A DNA stretch of 53,206 nt from Gemmatimonadota bacterium (GTDB lineage Bacteria; 4572-55; J002). Under the pieces are notes generated by a model that saw only the letters and a program-made list of their open reading frames with translations, had not been told where the DNA came from and searched no databases. The number at the start of each line of letters is the position of its first letter. The stretch's first letter is position 1. The DNA lies in contig RFFQ01000185.1 in assembly GCA_003697105.1 (NCBI GenBank), forward strand, positions 1 through 53,206, written 5' to 3'. Shown one piece after another: positions 38,098-46,801 of this stretch. The position numbers were made by a program, and so were the translations under genes.

Positions 38098-39474
38098 TTA
38101 TGAAATCAGCGAGCGAATCCCTTCAATCAAACGGCTTTCATTGGCGTCATTTGGCACAATATCCAAGCGGAGCAAATCTGGGTGTTCTGCCAGCAGTCCG
38201 GATCGCTTCAGGTATCGTTCCACTTCAGAGTTATAGCTGCTGGAACGGCGCCCCCGGTCGGCGATTGTGATTCCCACCCGGTTGGCGTAAGTGAGCATCT
38301 GTTTTAATTCGGGTAGGGATTCTTTACCGTCGGTATCCCAGTCGTCACCATCCGTGCCGTGGAAAATGTAAATATTGTAATCTCGGGCGAGGCTTTCATC
38401 CGCTACGATTTTATTGACCAACCGGTAGGCCGAGGCAACCTTTGTTCCACCGGCAACACGGGAATTATAGTAGGTATAAAAATCTTTGACCTCGGTGGCG
38501 TCCGTGTCGTGCAGAATAAACCGGGTTTCCACCTGTTTTTCGTACTGGTAAAGCAGCCAACTGTAGATCAACACATGCTGCGAGACGACCAATTCGGTGG
38601 GTTTACCAAACATCGAACCGGAATAGTCCCGCACAAAAAAGACCAATGCTTGAGATTCGTAATCCTGTTCTTTGGAAAGAATCCGGTAAATTTTATCATC
38701 TGGGGCAATCAAAAATGAGGTAGAGTCGATGTTTTCGACATCTTTCACATTACCCAGATGGATATTGGTTTCAAGGACTTTTTTCAGGGTTGCTTTTTTG
38801 TCTAAAATTTGGCCAAATCCGCGGTGACGGTCGGTCATTTCATAGGTGAAGCGGGTCAATACGCGCTTTTTGCCTTTATCTTTTAGATTTGGCAACTCGA
38901 ATTGTTCGGTTAGGATCCGCCCGAGGTCATAGGCGTTGGATTCCATCTCATGGGGTCCGGCGGAGCCTTGCCCCGGACCGGCACCGGAGCCTCCATCTTG
39001 CGGGCGAACCGGTTGTTCACCAATGACTTCACCTTCCTCACCGGTACCGGAGCCGCCAAAGGTCTCATCATCTTCCGGTGGACGGATGGAATCATGAATA
39101 AATTTTTCTTCCACTGTGGTGGGGACAATAACAATTTTCTCTTTACCCCCTTTGCCGGGTTTGATCAGGCGTCCGACCCGAATTTTACGCGGGAAGCCAT
39201 CTTTTTCGCGTTGTTTGTCCCGTTCCAGTAATTCATCAATTGAGCTTAGATACACATGATAATTTCCATGGGGGGTTGTCATTTGTTGCAAAAAGGTGAG
39301 GTCATTATAGTCATAAATCCCAAGGGTACGTTGCGTTGCCAACGCGGGCAAATCCGGTTCGATAACCTCATGGGTTAGACTCCCCTGTAATTCGGTTAGG
39401 ATGTGCTTCTCTTGTTCGGGGGTCAGCCGCTCTTCCATTTTGAGGTGTTGGTAATATTCGTGGGCTGAACTCAT
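38098..39474 (-). CDS. YeaH/YhbH (DUF444) vWA-like protein
   Basis: G.G.GEEGEVIG, LPNLKDKG, MIDAS-like RDYSGSM, GGTKVASAY, YNIYIFHGTDGDDW. Confidence 0.9.
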   Translation of the reverse strand: MSSAHEYYQHLKMEERLTPEQEKHILTELQGSLTHEVIEPDLPALATQRTLGIYDYNDLTFLQQMTTPHGNYHVYLSSIDELLERDKQREKDGFPRKIRVGRLIKPGKGGKEKIVIVPTTVEEKFIHDSIRPPEDDETFGGSGTGEEGEVIGEQPVRPQDGGSGAGPGQGSAGPHEMESNAYDLGRILTEQFELPNLKDKGKKRVLTRFTYEMTDRHRGFGQILDKKATLKKVLETNIHLGNVKDVENIDSTSFLIAPDDKIYRILSKEQDYESQALVFFVRDYSGSMFGKPTELVVSQHVLIYSWLLYQYEKQVETRFILHDTDATEVKDFYTYYNSRVAGGTKVASAYRLVNKIVADESLARDYNIYIFHGTDGDDWDTDGKESLPELKQMLTYANRVGITIADRGRRSSSYNSEVERYLKRSGLLAEHPDLLRLDIVPNDANESRLIEGIRSLIS

Positions 39475-39531
39475 GGATGTTTCCCCTTAATTGGTGTTGT
39501 GGGGGGCAGGGGTTGCCGTGTCAGATTGGGT

Positions 39532-41592
39532 TTACTTTTCATCTTCTTGGGTGCAAAAATATTCAATGGTTTTTTGAGCGCAGGTACGGCAGTAACCCAG
39601 TTTATCAAGCATGGTTTCGATCATCCGGTCATATAATTTTTGGTTTTCTTCATTGGTTCGATTTGCCAACGCGCCGATCAGGCTCCCCGCGCCGGCAATA
39701 TCGGACTTCAAGCGGACGTCGGTTACGGCTTTGACCAGTTCTAGGTTGTCCATAAAGTCATAATTGGGATCCACCGATAGTTTTTGTCCGTAAATTTTGC
39801 GGATAGAGGTGCGGAAGGTCTCCCGCCGTTCTTGAGTTTTTAGCCCTAATCGCTCTTCTACGCTTTGGATGTATCGTTCATCAATTTTGAGCGCTCGTAA
39901 TTCCCCGGTTTGGGGGTCTTTGTATTTCCACATTTTGTCGGCGCCCAAATTATCCGCATCAATTCCGATGATCATGTTGACATAGCTCATTACATCTTTG
40001 CGGATGGCGTGGGGTTCATCCATATAGGCGTTGAACATCTCGGTCATGATTCGTTCGCGGTATAATCCTTTAGCGATCTTCAAATCTTCCAAATACTTAA
40101 TGCGGTCATTGGCTTCGGAGACATAATCCAAAATGATGCGTTCAATCGCTTTGAAAATGTCGTAGGCAAACATGCACTGACCTTCATTGGTTTCGGAACT
40201 TTCGACTAATAACTGGATGGCACGACCCAAATTCCGTTGTCCCAGCCCTTTTTGCCCGAAACGTTTGGTAATATCAGGATTTTGATTTAGGGTATCGATC
40301 ACTTCCGCCAACGTTTTGATGCTTTTTTCACCGGCAACTTCACCGGCGGCGAGTTTAAGCGTTTCCACCGGAGTTAATTTTTCGGTATGGGGAAGGCGGG
40401 TGAGGACTACGGCGACCGAGGCGGCATAGTTGAGGTTCGGGTCTTGGTGAAGCAAATCGCGATTGAAGGTTGTCCGGGTTTCGCTTCCGATGGCGTAATC
40501 CGTTAAATCTTTTTGCAACTTGTAGTTGGTATTGTGGGACACATAGCAAATCCGGCAGCGATCCACAATGGGGGCTTCTTCTTTTTCCGCTAAAAAGCGA
40601 TTAAATTCCGAGTTGTTACTGGTGGCGATAATCAACGTATCAATGGGCCACTTGAAGCCATCTAACTCAATGGTGCGGTTTTGAATAACCCCTAAATAGA
40701 CTTGCACCAAATCCTTTTTGTTTTTGTAGATTTCATCGCTGAAGTGGATTCCACCTCCCGCGACCCGTGCCAGAGCACCGCGCCGCAAATCAAACCGGTA
40801 GGGGTTATTGGTATCCGTGATGTGAAGCAAGCGTTGGATGGATTCCTCTCCCAGCAAGTCCACGGCGGAAGAGGTAATTTTATCTTTCGCAGAGTATTTA
40901 CCGGTGACCGTTCCCAGACTTTCGGTGAGGGGCACCGGCACAACCTCTACAAATTCCAACATCTTGTCAATTTCATCGCCGGTATATTCCCGGATATCAT
41001 TCCAGATATAATCGCTACAGGCGCCCAACGGGCGGTAATTTTGGTACATCTGTTCCAACTGGGCATCGGAAAATCCAATGGTTTTACTGAGATAGGTGAG
41101 GTTATCGTCCCGGAACGGGAACAGATTCATTGCCAGAATCATCGGGTCTTCATATGTTTGGGACTCAATGGTTTTGATACGCCCGTAATTACCCAGTTTA
41201 TCCATGTTGACAAAGCGAAAGGTGTACTTGCGGTTTTTCTCATCGTATAGAAAGCGGCGGTACGCCGAGCAAAGAAATTCCACAAAAAAGGTCTTGCCGT
41301 TCCCCGGTTCTCCGACGAACACAAACGCCATTTCCGAAGAAGACCCTCCTTCGGCGGCATCTTTTACATAAGAGACAAAACTATTAATTTCCTCATACAT
41401 GCCGATGATGTGCTTTTTGCCTTGCCGGAAAAGACCGAAATCGTAGGTTGTTTTGCCATTGACGACCACTTTTTCCACGCCAGATTCCAGAATCATACGG
41501 GAAATGGCTTGAAAGGCATTTTCAAACGCTCGTTCCCCTTTTTTGACTTGATCTAAGTGATAATGCAGTGTTTTAAAGGAATTATTTGCCAT
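39532..41592 (-). CDS. prkA: PrkA/YeaG-family AAA+ 'serine protein kinase'
   Basis: Walker A GEPGNGKT, Walker B IHFSDE, IIATSN, VDRC, C-terminal LGYCRTCAQKTIEYF; first gene of the prkA-yeaH-spoVR operon. Confidence 0.87.
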   Translation of the reverse strand: MANNSFKTLHYHLDQVKKGERAFENAFQAISRMILESGVEKVVVNGKTTYDFGLFRQGKKHIIGMYEEINSFVSYVKDAAEGGSSSEMAFVFVGEPGNGKTFFVEFLCSAYRRFLYDEKNRKYTFRFVNMDKLGNYGRIKTIESQTYEDPMILAMNLFPFRDDNLTYLSKTIGFSDAQLEQMYQNYRPLGACSDYIWNDIREYTGDEIDKMLEFVEVVPVPLTESLGTVTGKYSAKDKITSSAVDLLGEESIQRLLHITDTNNPYRFDLRRGALARVAGGGIHFSDEIYKNKKDLVQVYLGVIQNRTIELDGFKWPIDTLIIATSNNSEFNRFLAEKEEAPIVDRCRICYVSHNTNYKLQKDLTDYAIGSETRTTFNRDLLHQDPNLNYAASVAVVLTRLPHTEKLTPVETLKLAAGEVAGEKSIKTLAEVIDTLNQNPDITKRFGQKGLGQRNLGRAIQLLVESSETNEGQCMFAYDIFKAIERIILDYVSEANDRIKYLEDLKIAKGLYRERIMTEMFNAYMDEPHAIRKDVMSYVNMIIGIDADNLGADKMWKYKDPQTGELRALKIDERYIQSVEERLGLKTQERRETFRTSIRKIYGQKLSVDPNYDFMDNLELVKAVTDVRLKSDIAGAGSLIGALANRTNEENQKLYDRMIETMLDKLGYCRTCAQKTIEYFCTQEDEK

Positions 41593-41871
41593 GGTAATTT
41601 CCCCTTTCGGTTGGGGTGGAAGATTCACGAGGTGATCGTAAAATATAATGACGCAAATTTGAGGCTGAATTGCAGAAAAATAGTATTAACCCGATCTTTT
41701 ATGCTGTTTTTTGCCGTACCGGCGGTGGGTTTTAGCTAAATGGCGCGCTCTAAAATATAATCAATCTAGGTTTACTTTCAAAGAGGTATTGATCGATTGT
41801 TGTGATTTCATCACAATATTTTCATAATTTTCACCGGAGACGCCGTCTCCAAACTGGGTTTATCCTAGACC

Positions 41872-41900
41872 TTGACTTTTCCGTTATATTGCGCTATATG
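41872..41900 (+). promoter_or_regulatory. Possible sigma70 promoter of the ccsA-like operon
   Basis: TTGACT-17 bp-TATATG. Confidence 0.4.
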
Positions 41901-41956
41901 TTGAATAATATTGGGTCTTACAGAACATTTTTAAGTGAGGAACAGGACTTGTGGGA

Positions 41957-42775
41957 ATGGTACTTACCTTTGGTTTTTGGTTTATTGTAGGGCTGTATGC
42001 CGCCGCATGTGGATTTTATTGGCGAGGGTTTCTGTACAAACAGGAAAAGGGTTTACAACTCGCGCAACGTTGGTTTTGGGGAGCGATTCTGGTTCATTTG
42101 CTCACGCTGATCCTGCTTAGTTATGACTTAAAACGGTTACCGGTCGCCACGCTGAGTGAGGCATTTACCACCTTTGTCTGGTTGACCGGCACCATTTATT
42201 ATGTGCTGGAACGCCGTCTGAAAGACCATTCCATTGGTGCGTTTATTTTGCCACTGTTGTTAATTATGCTCTTGATCTCCAATATCACCTTTGACCGCAA
42301 CGAACCCATCGCTGAGGTGTTGAAAGATGTCCGGTTTGAAGTTCACGTTCTGACGTTACTGTTGGCGTATGGGGCATTTGCGCTCTCTTTTATTGCCAGT
42401 TTACTGCACACGTTGCTCTCCCGGGAACTGCAGAAGCATGACTTGGGAATGTTCTATAGTCGCTTGCCTTCACTTCCATTCTTTGACCGGATCAGCAATT
42501 CCGCTGTGGACATTGGGCTGATCTTTCTCACTATCGGTTTGATATTAGGTGTGTACAATGCCGCATTAGTTTGGCAGGATAAGCTCTTTACGGACCCCAA
42601 AATTTACTCCGCATTTTTAAGCTGGATCATCTACGGGATTCACTTTGCCGGGCGGCGATTTGGGAATTGGTACGGTCAACGTGCCGCTACAATTTCACTG
42701 ATCGGCTTTGGTTGGCTTATTTTTTCGTTCGTCATTATTTCCATGTATTTCTCCAATCTTCATCATTTTGTATAA
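41957..42775 (+). CDS. CcsA/HemX-like (cytochrome c assembly family) membrane protein
   Basis: About 8 TM; LVH, LPVATLSEAF, EVHV..LLAYGAFALSF, SRLPSL..FD, GLIFLTIGLILG, W...TDPK (short HemX/YpjD-type version of the WWD motif), GNWYGQRAA, C-terminal His. Confidence 0.88.
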   Translation: MVLTFGFWFIVGLYAAACGFYWRGFLYKQEKGLQLAQRWFWGAILVHLLTLILLSYDLKRLPVATLSEAFTTFVWLTGTIYYVLERRLKDHSIGAFILPLLLIMLLISNITFDRNEPIAEVLKDVRFEVHVLTLLLAYGAFALSFIASLLHTLLSRELQKHDLGMFYSRLPSLPFFDRISNSAVDIGLIFLTIGLILGVYNAALVWQDKLFTDPKIYSAFLSWIIYGIHFAGRRFGNWYGQRAATISLIGFGWLIFSFVIISMYFSNLHHFV

Positions 42776-42790
42776 GCGATTAATGCTCCG

Positions 42791-44743
42791 ATGCCGCTAG
42801 CAGCCTATCATTTTCAATTTAATGACCCCCAGCCGGTGACCTCGCCGTTACCCCAAACGATGATGAAAGACCTGAATGCCCAACTTGAGGTCGCCGAATG
42901 GCTCTGTTTGCGTTATGCCGGTAATTGTGAGATGTTCCTGATCGAGGCTGAACCTTTGGGAACGGAAACGGTATGGAGTCTCCTCCAAGAAACCGGCATT
43001 GTGCCCAAAGGCAAACCGGAAGAGGCTCAATACCGGTTTCATCGGGAAGCTATCCACTACTTTTACGCCATAACAACCGGTATCATCGGGCAAACCCGGG
43101 GCAAACGCCTGCTGGAAATTCTGCACGAAGCCTATGCCCAAGCTGTGGAAATGACCTATGCGGGACCGATTCTTCACCGGCTTTTTCATCGGGGGGTGTG
43201 GCTTCATGAAAAAGTCAGGCTGGAAACGCGCTTTTTCCGCTTTGCGGTTGATGAAGAGAGCGTCCTGCGGGAGCTTGCCGGAAAGGTGTTGGGGCACTTA
43301 ACCCAAGCGGTGACCTACATCATGGGTTACCAACCGGAGGTAGTTTATCAACTGGAAGAATTACGGCAAGGTGGCTGCCGAAAATTTGTTTTTGTGGGGG
43401 ATGAGCCGGTGGATGACGTGGTGATCCGGGTTTCAGGGGAAGTCCGGTCTCCTCAAGCTCTGCGGGTATTACCCGTAGAGACGGATATTTTGTTGATTTG
43501 TGAGGGTGCACCGCCCATGTTCAAGCAACCCCAAGTGATTCAGGAACGGATGAACCGGCGGCACAACGCACCCCTCTTCATTTTAGACCAAACCGGCGGC
43601 TATTTTGAGCCAAAAACCCTCAAAAAACTGTATAATGTCTATCATTATCAACCACAAGATTTAACGCCTATTATCCGGTATAACCGGCAGGAGCAACGCG
43701 CTGAAGCCGCGCGAATCGAACCGTGGATTCGGGAAGAAGTCAGTGCGTTCTACGACTGGTACCGGACTGAAGAACGATTCCAATTTGCTGGTATGATCGG
43801 CGCAAACCCGCAGATGCGCCGCATATTTGAACTCATTTCCCGCATTTCCCAGACCGATATTACCGTACTCATCGATGGTGAGAGCGGTACGGGTAAGGAA
43901 CTGGTTGCCCGTGCCATCCATGACCTCAGTGCCCGGCGGGATAAACCGTTCATTGCAGTCAATTGTGGTGCCATTCCGGAAAATCTGCTGGAAAGTGAAC
44001 TTTTCGGACACATGAAAGGCGCGTTTACCGGGGCGACTGCCAGCAAGCAAGGCTTGTTTGAAAGTGCCGATCAAGGCACCATCTTTTTGGATGAAATCGG
44101 CGAATTACCGGCATCATTACAAGTGAAACTATTGCGGTTTTTGCAAGAAGGCGAACTGAAACGAGTCGGCAGTAATGCGACCTTGCAATTGGATGTGCGC
44201 GTGCTTGCCGCAACAAATAAACACCTAGAAAAACTCGTTGAAAATGGGGAATTTAGGAGCGATTTATATTATCGCTTAAATGTCATCCAACTCACCTTAC
44301 CGCCTTTGCGGGAACGGCAAGAAGACATCCCCTTGCTGGCACAACACTTTCTCCGTAAATATGCCCGCAAATTAAATAAAGATGTGGCGGAACTTTCGCC
44401 AGAAGCAATGGAAGCACTGCTTCACTATCGCTGGCAGGGCAATGTTCGTGAATTGGAAAATGTGATGGAACGGGCGGTCGCCCTGACCGTGGGGAAGTCC
44501 ATTTCGGTGTACGATCTGCCGCCGGCGTTGCAAAACGTCAATCATCAAACTAGCTCTCCGATGGAAACTGACGCCAAAGCACGTTTGACCTTGAAAGAAG
44601 TGGAAAAAAAGTATATTTTGGAAACTTTGGATTTATTCGATTGGAATTACGACGAAGTCTGTCGCCAACTTGGGATTGGGCGCACGACGCTCTGGCGTAA
44701 ATTACGGGAGTACGGCGTCAGTGAATCCAGTACAAAGACATGA
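42791..44743 (+). CDS. Sigma54-dependent enhancer-binding protein with N-terminal degenerate glutamyl-tRNA reductase (HemA)-like domain
   Basis: C-terminal half: GESGTGKE, NCGAIPENLLESELFGHMKGAFTGA, FLDEIGE, RSDLYYRLNV, WQGNVRELEN, LGIGRTTLWRKL (Fis HTH). N-terminal ~330 aa align by eye with HemA. Confidence 0.9.
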   Translation: MPLAAYHFQFNDPQPVTSPLPQTMMKDLNAQLEVAEWLCLRYAGNCEMFLIEAEPLGTETVWSLLQETGIVPKGKPEEAQYRFHREAIHYFYAITTGIIGQTRGKRLLEILHEAYAQAVEMTYAGPILHRLFHRGVWLHEKVRLETRFFRFAVDEESVLRELAGKVLGHLTQAVTYIMGYQPEVVYQLEELRQGGCRKFVFVGDEPVDDVVIRVSGEVRSPQALRVLPVETDILLICEGAPPMFKQPQVIQERMNRRHNAPLFILDQTGGYFEPKTLKKLYNVYHYQPQDLTPIIRYNRQEQRAEAARIEPWIREEVSAFYDWYRTEERFQFAGMIGANPQMRRIFELISRISQTDITVLIDGESGTGKELVARAIHDLSARRDKPFIAVNCGAIPENLLESELFGHMKGAFTGATASKQGLFESADQGTIFLDEIGELPASLQVKLLRFLQEGELKRVGSNATLQLDVRVLAATNKHLEKLVENGEFRSDLYYRLNVIQLTLPPLRERQEDIPLLAQHFLRKYARKLNKDVAELSPEAMEALLHYRWQGNVRELENVMERAVALTVGKSISVYDLPPALQNVNHQTSSPMETDAKARLTLKEVEKKYILETLDLFDWNYDEVCRQLGIGRTTLWRKLREYGVSESSTKT

Positions 44744-44997
44744 CCATCGCAATGGTAACGCTAAGTTCCCCTCTGACCACCCCCAACGTATCTCTTCCGA
44801 GCGTCCCCCTGTCTTCAGCGGGGTCAATCCAGACCAATGAACTGTTGGTGGTAACTGGTACGCTTGGCGAATGTTACCAATCACGCCGACAATTCGCCGA
44901 ATTTTTAGCCAAAAACCGGATGGTGAGGTATCCCCTCGCTGGTCTTCAACACGACCATTGGCAGAACTCATCTTTTTACGAGGAGGTTAGATTGTGA
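44740..44997 (+). CDS. Small hypothetical protein
   Basis: 85-aa ORF with 4-bp start/stop overlaps on both sides (ATGA at 44740, GTGA at 44994); no recognisable domain. Confidence 0.35.
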   Translation: MTIAMVTLSSPLTTPNVSLPSVPLSSAGSIQTNELLVVTGTLGECYQSRRQFAEFLAKNRMVRYPLAGLQHDHWQNSSFYEEVRL

Positions 44998-45872
44998 ATG
45001 AAAATACATTTAAACTGTTGATTGGTATTTTTTTACTCTTTTTTGTGATGAATATCGTTTGCAATAACCAAAAGAAACAAACACCTACCTATGGTGACAT
45101 TAATGTGACAACAATGGTTACGGCGGCAGATGGGCTAGACTTGAAAGCCGTCGGGGAACTGGTCAAGGAGGTCCCGGATGCCGAAAGTTTTGAACGTAAA
45201 CTCAATGAACCCGGGGGTATTAATAACCTTGACCTGAATGAAGACGGTACGGTGGATTACATCAAAGTGACGGAATATGGTGATTCTCGCATCAAAGGTT
45301 TCTCGCTAACAACTGAACCGGCACCGGGGGAAATTCAAGAGATTGCTAGTATCGAGATTGAAAAACAGGGGGATACGGCGGAAGTGGCGGTACGCGGCAA
45401 TGAGCACATCTACGGGCATAATCATTATTATCACTATAATACCTCCATTGTGGACTTCTTGCTCCTTGGCTACCTGTTTAACTCTTTCCATACACCGTAT
45501 GTCTCGCCGTATTATTATGGCTATTACCCCTCGTATTATCGCCCGTACCGTCCGGTAACTGTGGAGACGTACCGTACCCGGACTCAGCCCTACACCAGCC
45601 GTTCCACCGCGCGGCAAGTGAGCCGCAATCCTTTGCCTTCTAAAGCATCTGGGGCGTCCTCCGTCACCTCCCCGAATCAAGGCAAAACGGCGAGCAAGGG
45701 GATTAAAGCCCCCCTTAAAAATCCGACCCAGTCCCAAAAGAGTTTTCAGGCACGAAATCCCTCTAAACAAGTGAAAAGTGGGGGATTTGGACGGAGTAAA
45801 ACGAGTTCATCCAAACCCACAGTACGGCGGAGTACCTCCCGGCGTAGTGGCGGCTCTTTCGGTGGAAAATAG
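44994..45872 (+). CDS. Secreted/membrane-anchored protein with DxDxDG-type Ca-binding loop and Tyr-rich then Ser/Arg/Gly-rich tail
   Basis: GAGGAGG RBS, N-terminal hydrophobic helix then Cys, DLNEDGTVDY, YYYGYYPSYY, ends RRSGGSFGGK. Confidence 0.8.
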   Translation: MNENTFKLLIGIFLLFFVMNIVCNNQKKQTPTYGDINVTTMVTAADGLDLKAVGELVKEVPDAESFERKLNEPGGINNLDLNEDGTVDYIKVTEYGDSRIKGFSLTTEPAPGEIQEIASIEIEKQGDTAEVAVRGNEHIYGHNHYYHYNTSIVDFLLLGYLFNSFHTPYVSPYYYGYYPSYYRPYRPVTVETYRTRTQPYTSRSTARQVSRNPLPSKASGASSVTSPNQGKTASKGIKAPLKNPTQSQKSFQARNPSKQVKSGGFGRSKTSSSKPTVRRSTSRRSGGSFGGK

Positions 45873-45883
45873 GAGGAAACACA

Positions 45884-46774
45884 ATGAATATTATTCAAAA
45901 TTTGCTACCGGATTTAATCGATTTGACCCCAGCCCTCGATTTGTATCACCCGGAATCCGTGCTCTATCTGGTCGTTGTTCTGGTGATGTTTTATCTGGGT
46001 AAAAAAGTGTTTGACCTGACGGTTCCTTTCAACTTGAATGAGCAACTGACCCAAGAAGACAACAAAGCGATTGCTACCGCTTTTGTGGGCTATATGTTTG
46101 GCTTGGGGATCATCTTTTGGGGTGTGCTGACCTCTGAAGCCGCCCGTGATGTGTACTGGGATTTGCTGGATACTGCCATTTGGGGAGGGATTGGTATCCT
46201 CTTATTGAACATTGCCCGGGTGATTAATGAACAGATCATCCTCTATCAATTTGATGATGTGAAAGAGTTAGTTGAAGACCGGAATGTCGGCACCGGGGCG
46301 GTCGCATGTGGCGCATACATCGGCGCAGGATTGCTGGTTCAAGGAACTATCTACGGGGAAAGTATGGGCTACTTGCAGGACATCATCAGTGTGCTGATCT
46401 TTTTTGTCCTTGGCGAGATTTTCTTTGTCCTGTATTCGGTATTATATCACCGGGTGGTGCGCTTTCATCTGCATGACGAGATTGAGCGGGATAATGTTGC
46501 CGCCGGTGTGGCTTTTGGGATGAGTTTTGTGGCAATGGGTATTTTGCTTTCCGGTTATATGAAATTTTCCTATTCGCTGGTGGGGTTTGCTCTCTGGTTT
46601 GTCTTGGGTACGTTTTTGCTGTTGATCTTCCGGTATCTCATTGATAAACTGATCCTGCCCGGTTCGTTGTTAGATGAAGAGATTCGCCAAGACCAAAATT
46701 GGGGGGCGGCACTTCTCGAAGGGGGAACGGCAATTGCCATCGCCCTGCTGATGAATGCCGCTTTTTTTAGTTGA
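45884..46774 (+). CDS. DUF350 family membrane protein (tandem repeats)
   Basis: Four repeats of the E(L/I)..(D)N.(A/G).(A/G) helix-turn motif (EQLTQEDNKAIA, ELVEDRNVGTG, EIERDNVAAG, EIRQDQNWGAA), each flanked by TM helices. Confidence 0.88.
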   Translation: MNIIQNLLPDLIDLTPALDLYHPESVLYLVVVLVMFYLGKKVFDLTVPFNLNEQLTQEDNKAIATAFVGYMFGLGIIFWGVLTSEAARDVYWDLLDTAIWGGIGILLLNIARVINEQIILYQFDDVKELVEDRNVGTGAVACGAYIGAGLLVQGTIYGESMGYLQDIISVLIFFVLGEIFFVLYSVLYHRVVRFHLHDEIERDNVAAGVAFGMSFVAMGILLSGYMKFSYSLVGFALWFVLGTFLLLIFRYLIDKLILPGSLLDEEIRQDQNWGAALLEGGTAIAIALLMNAAFFS

Positions 46775-46801
46775 TTTGCCAATTAAGAGGGGATTTCAGC
46801 C

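Noticed and set aside
41593-41956. Sigma54 -24/-12 promoter for the prkA or ccsA operon
   Set aside because: A manual scan of both strands found no GG-N10-GC; the closest (minus strand GGCAAAAAACAGC at 41703-41715) has 9-bp spacing
44840-44870. TGGTAACTGGTACGCT as a sigma54 promoter for the DUF350 cluster
   Set aside because: GG-N10-GC spacing is present but the CAC and TT consensus positions are not; expected by chance
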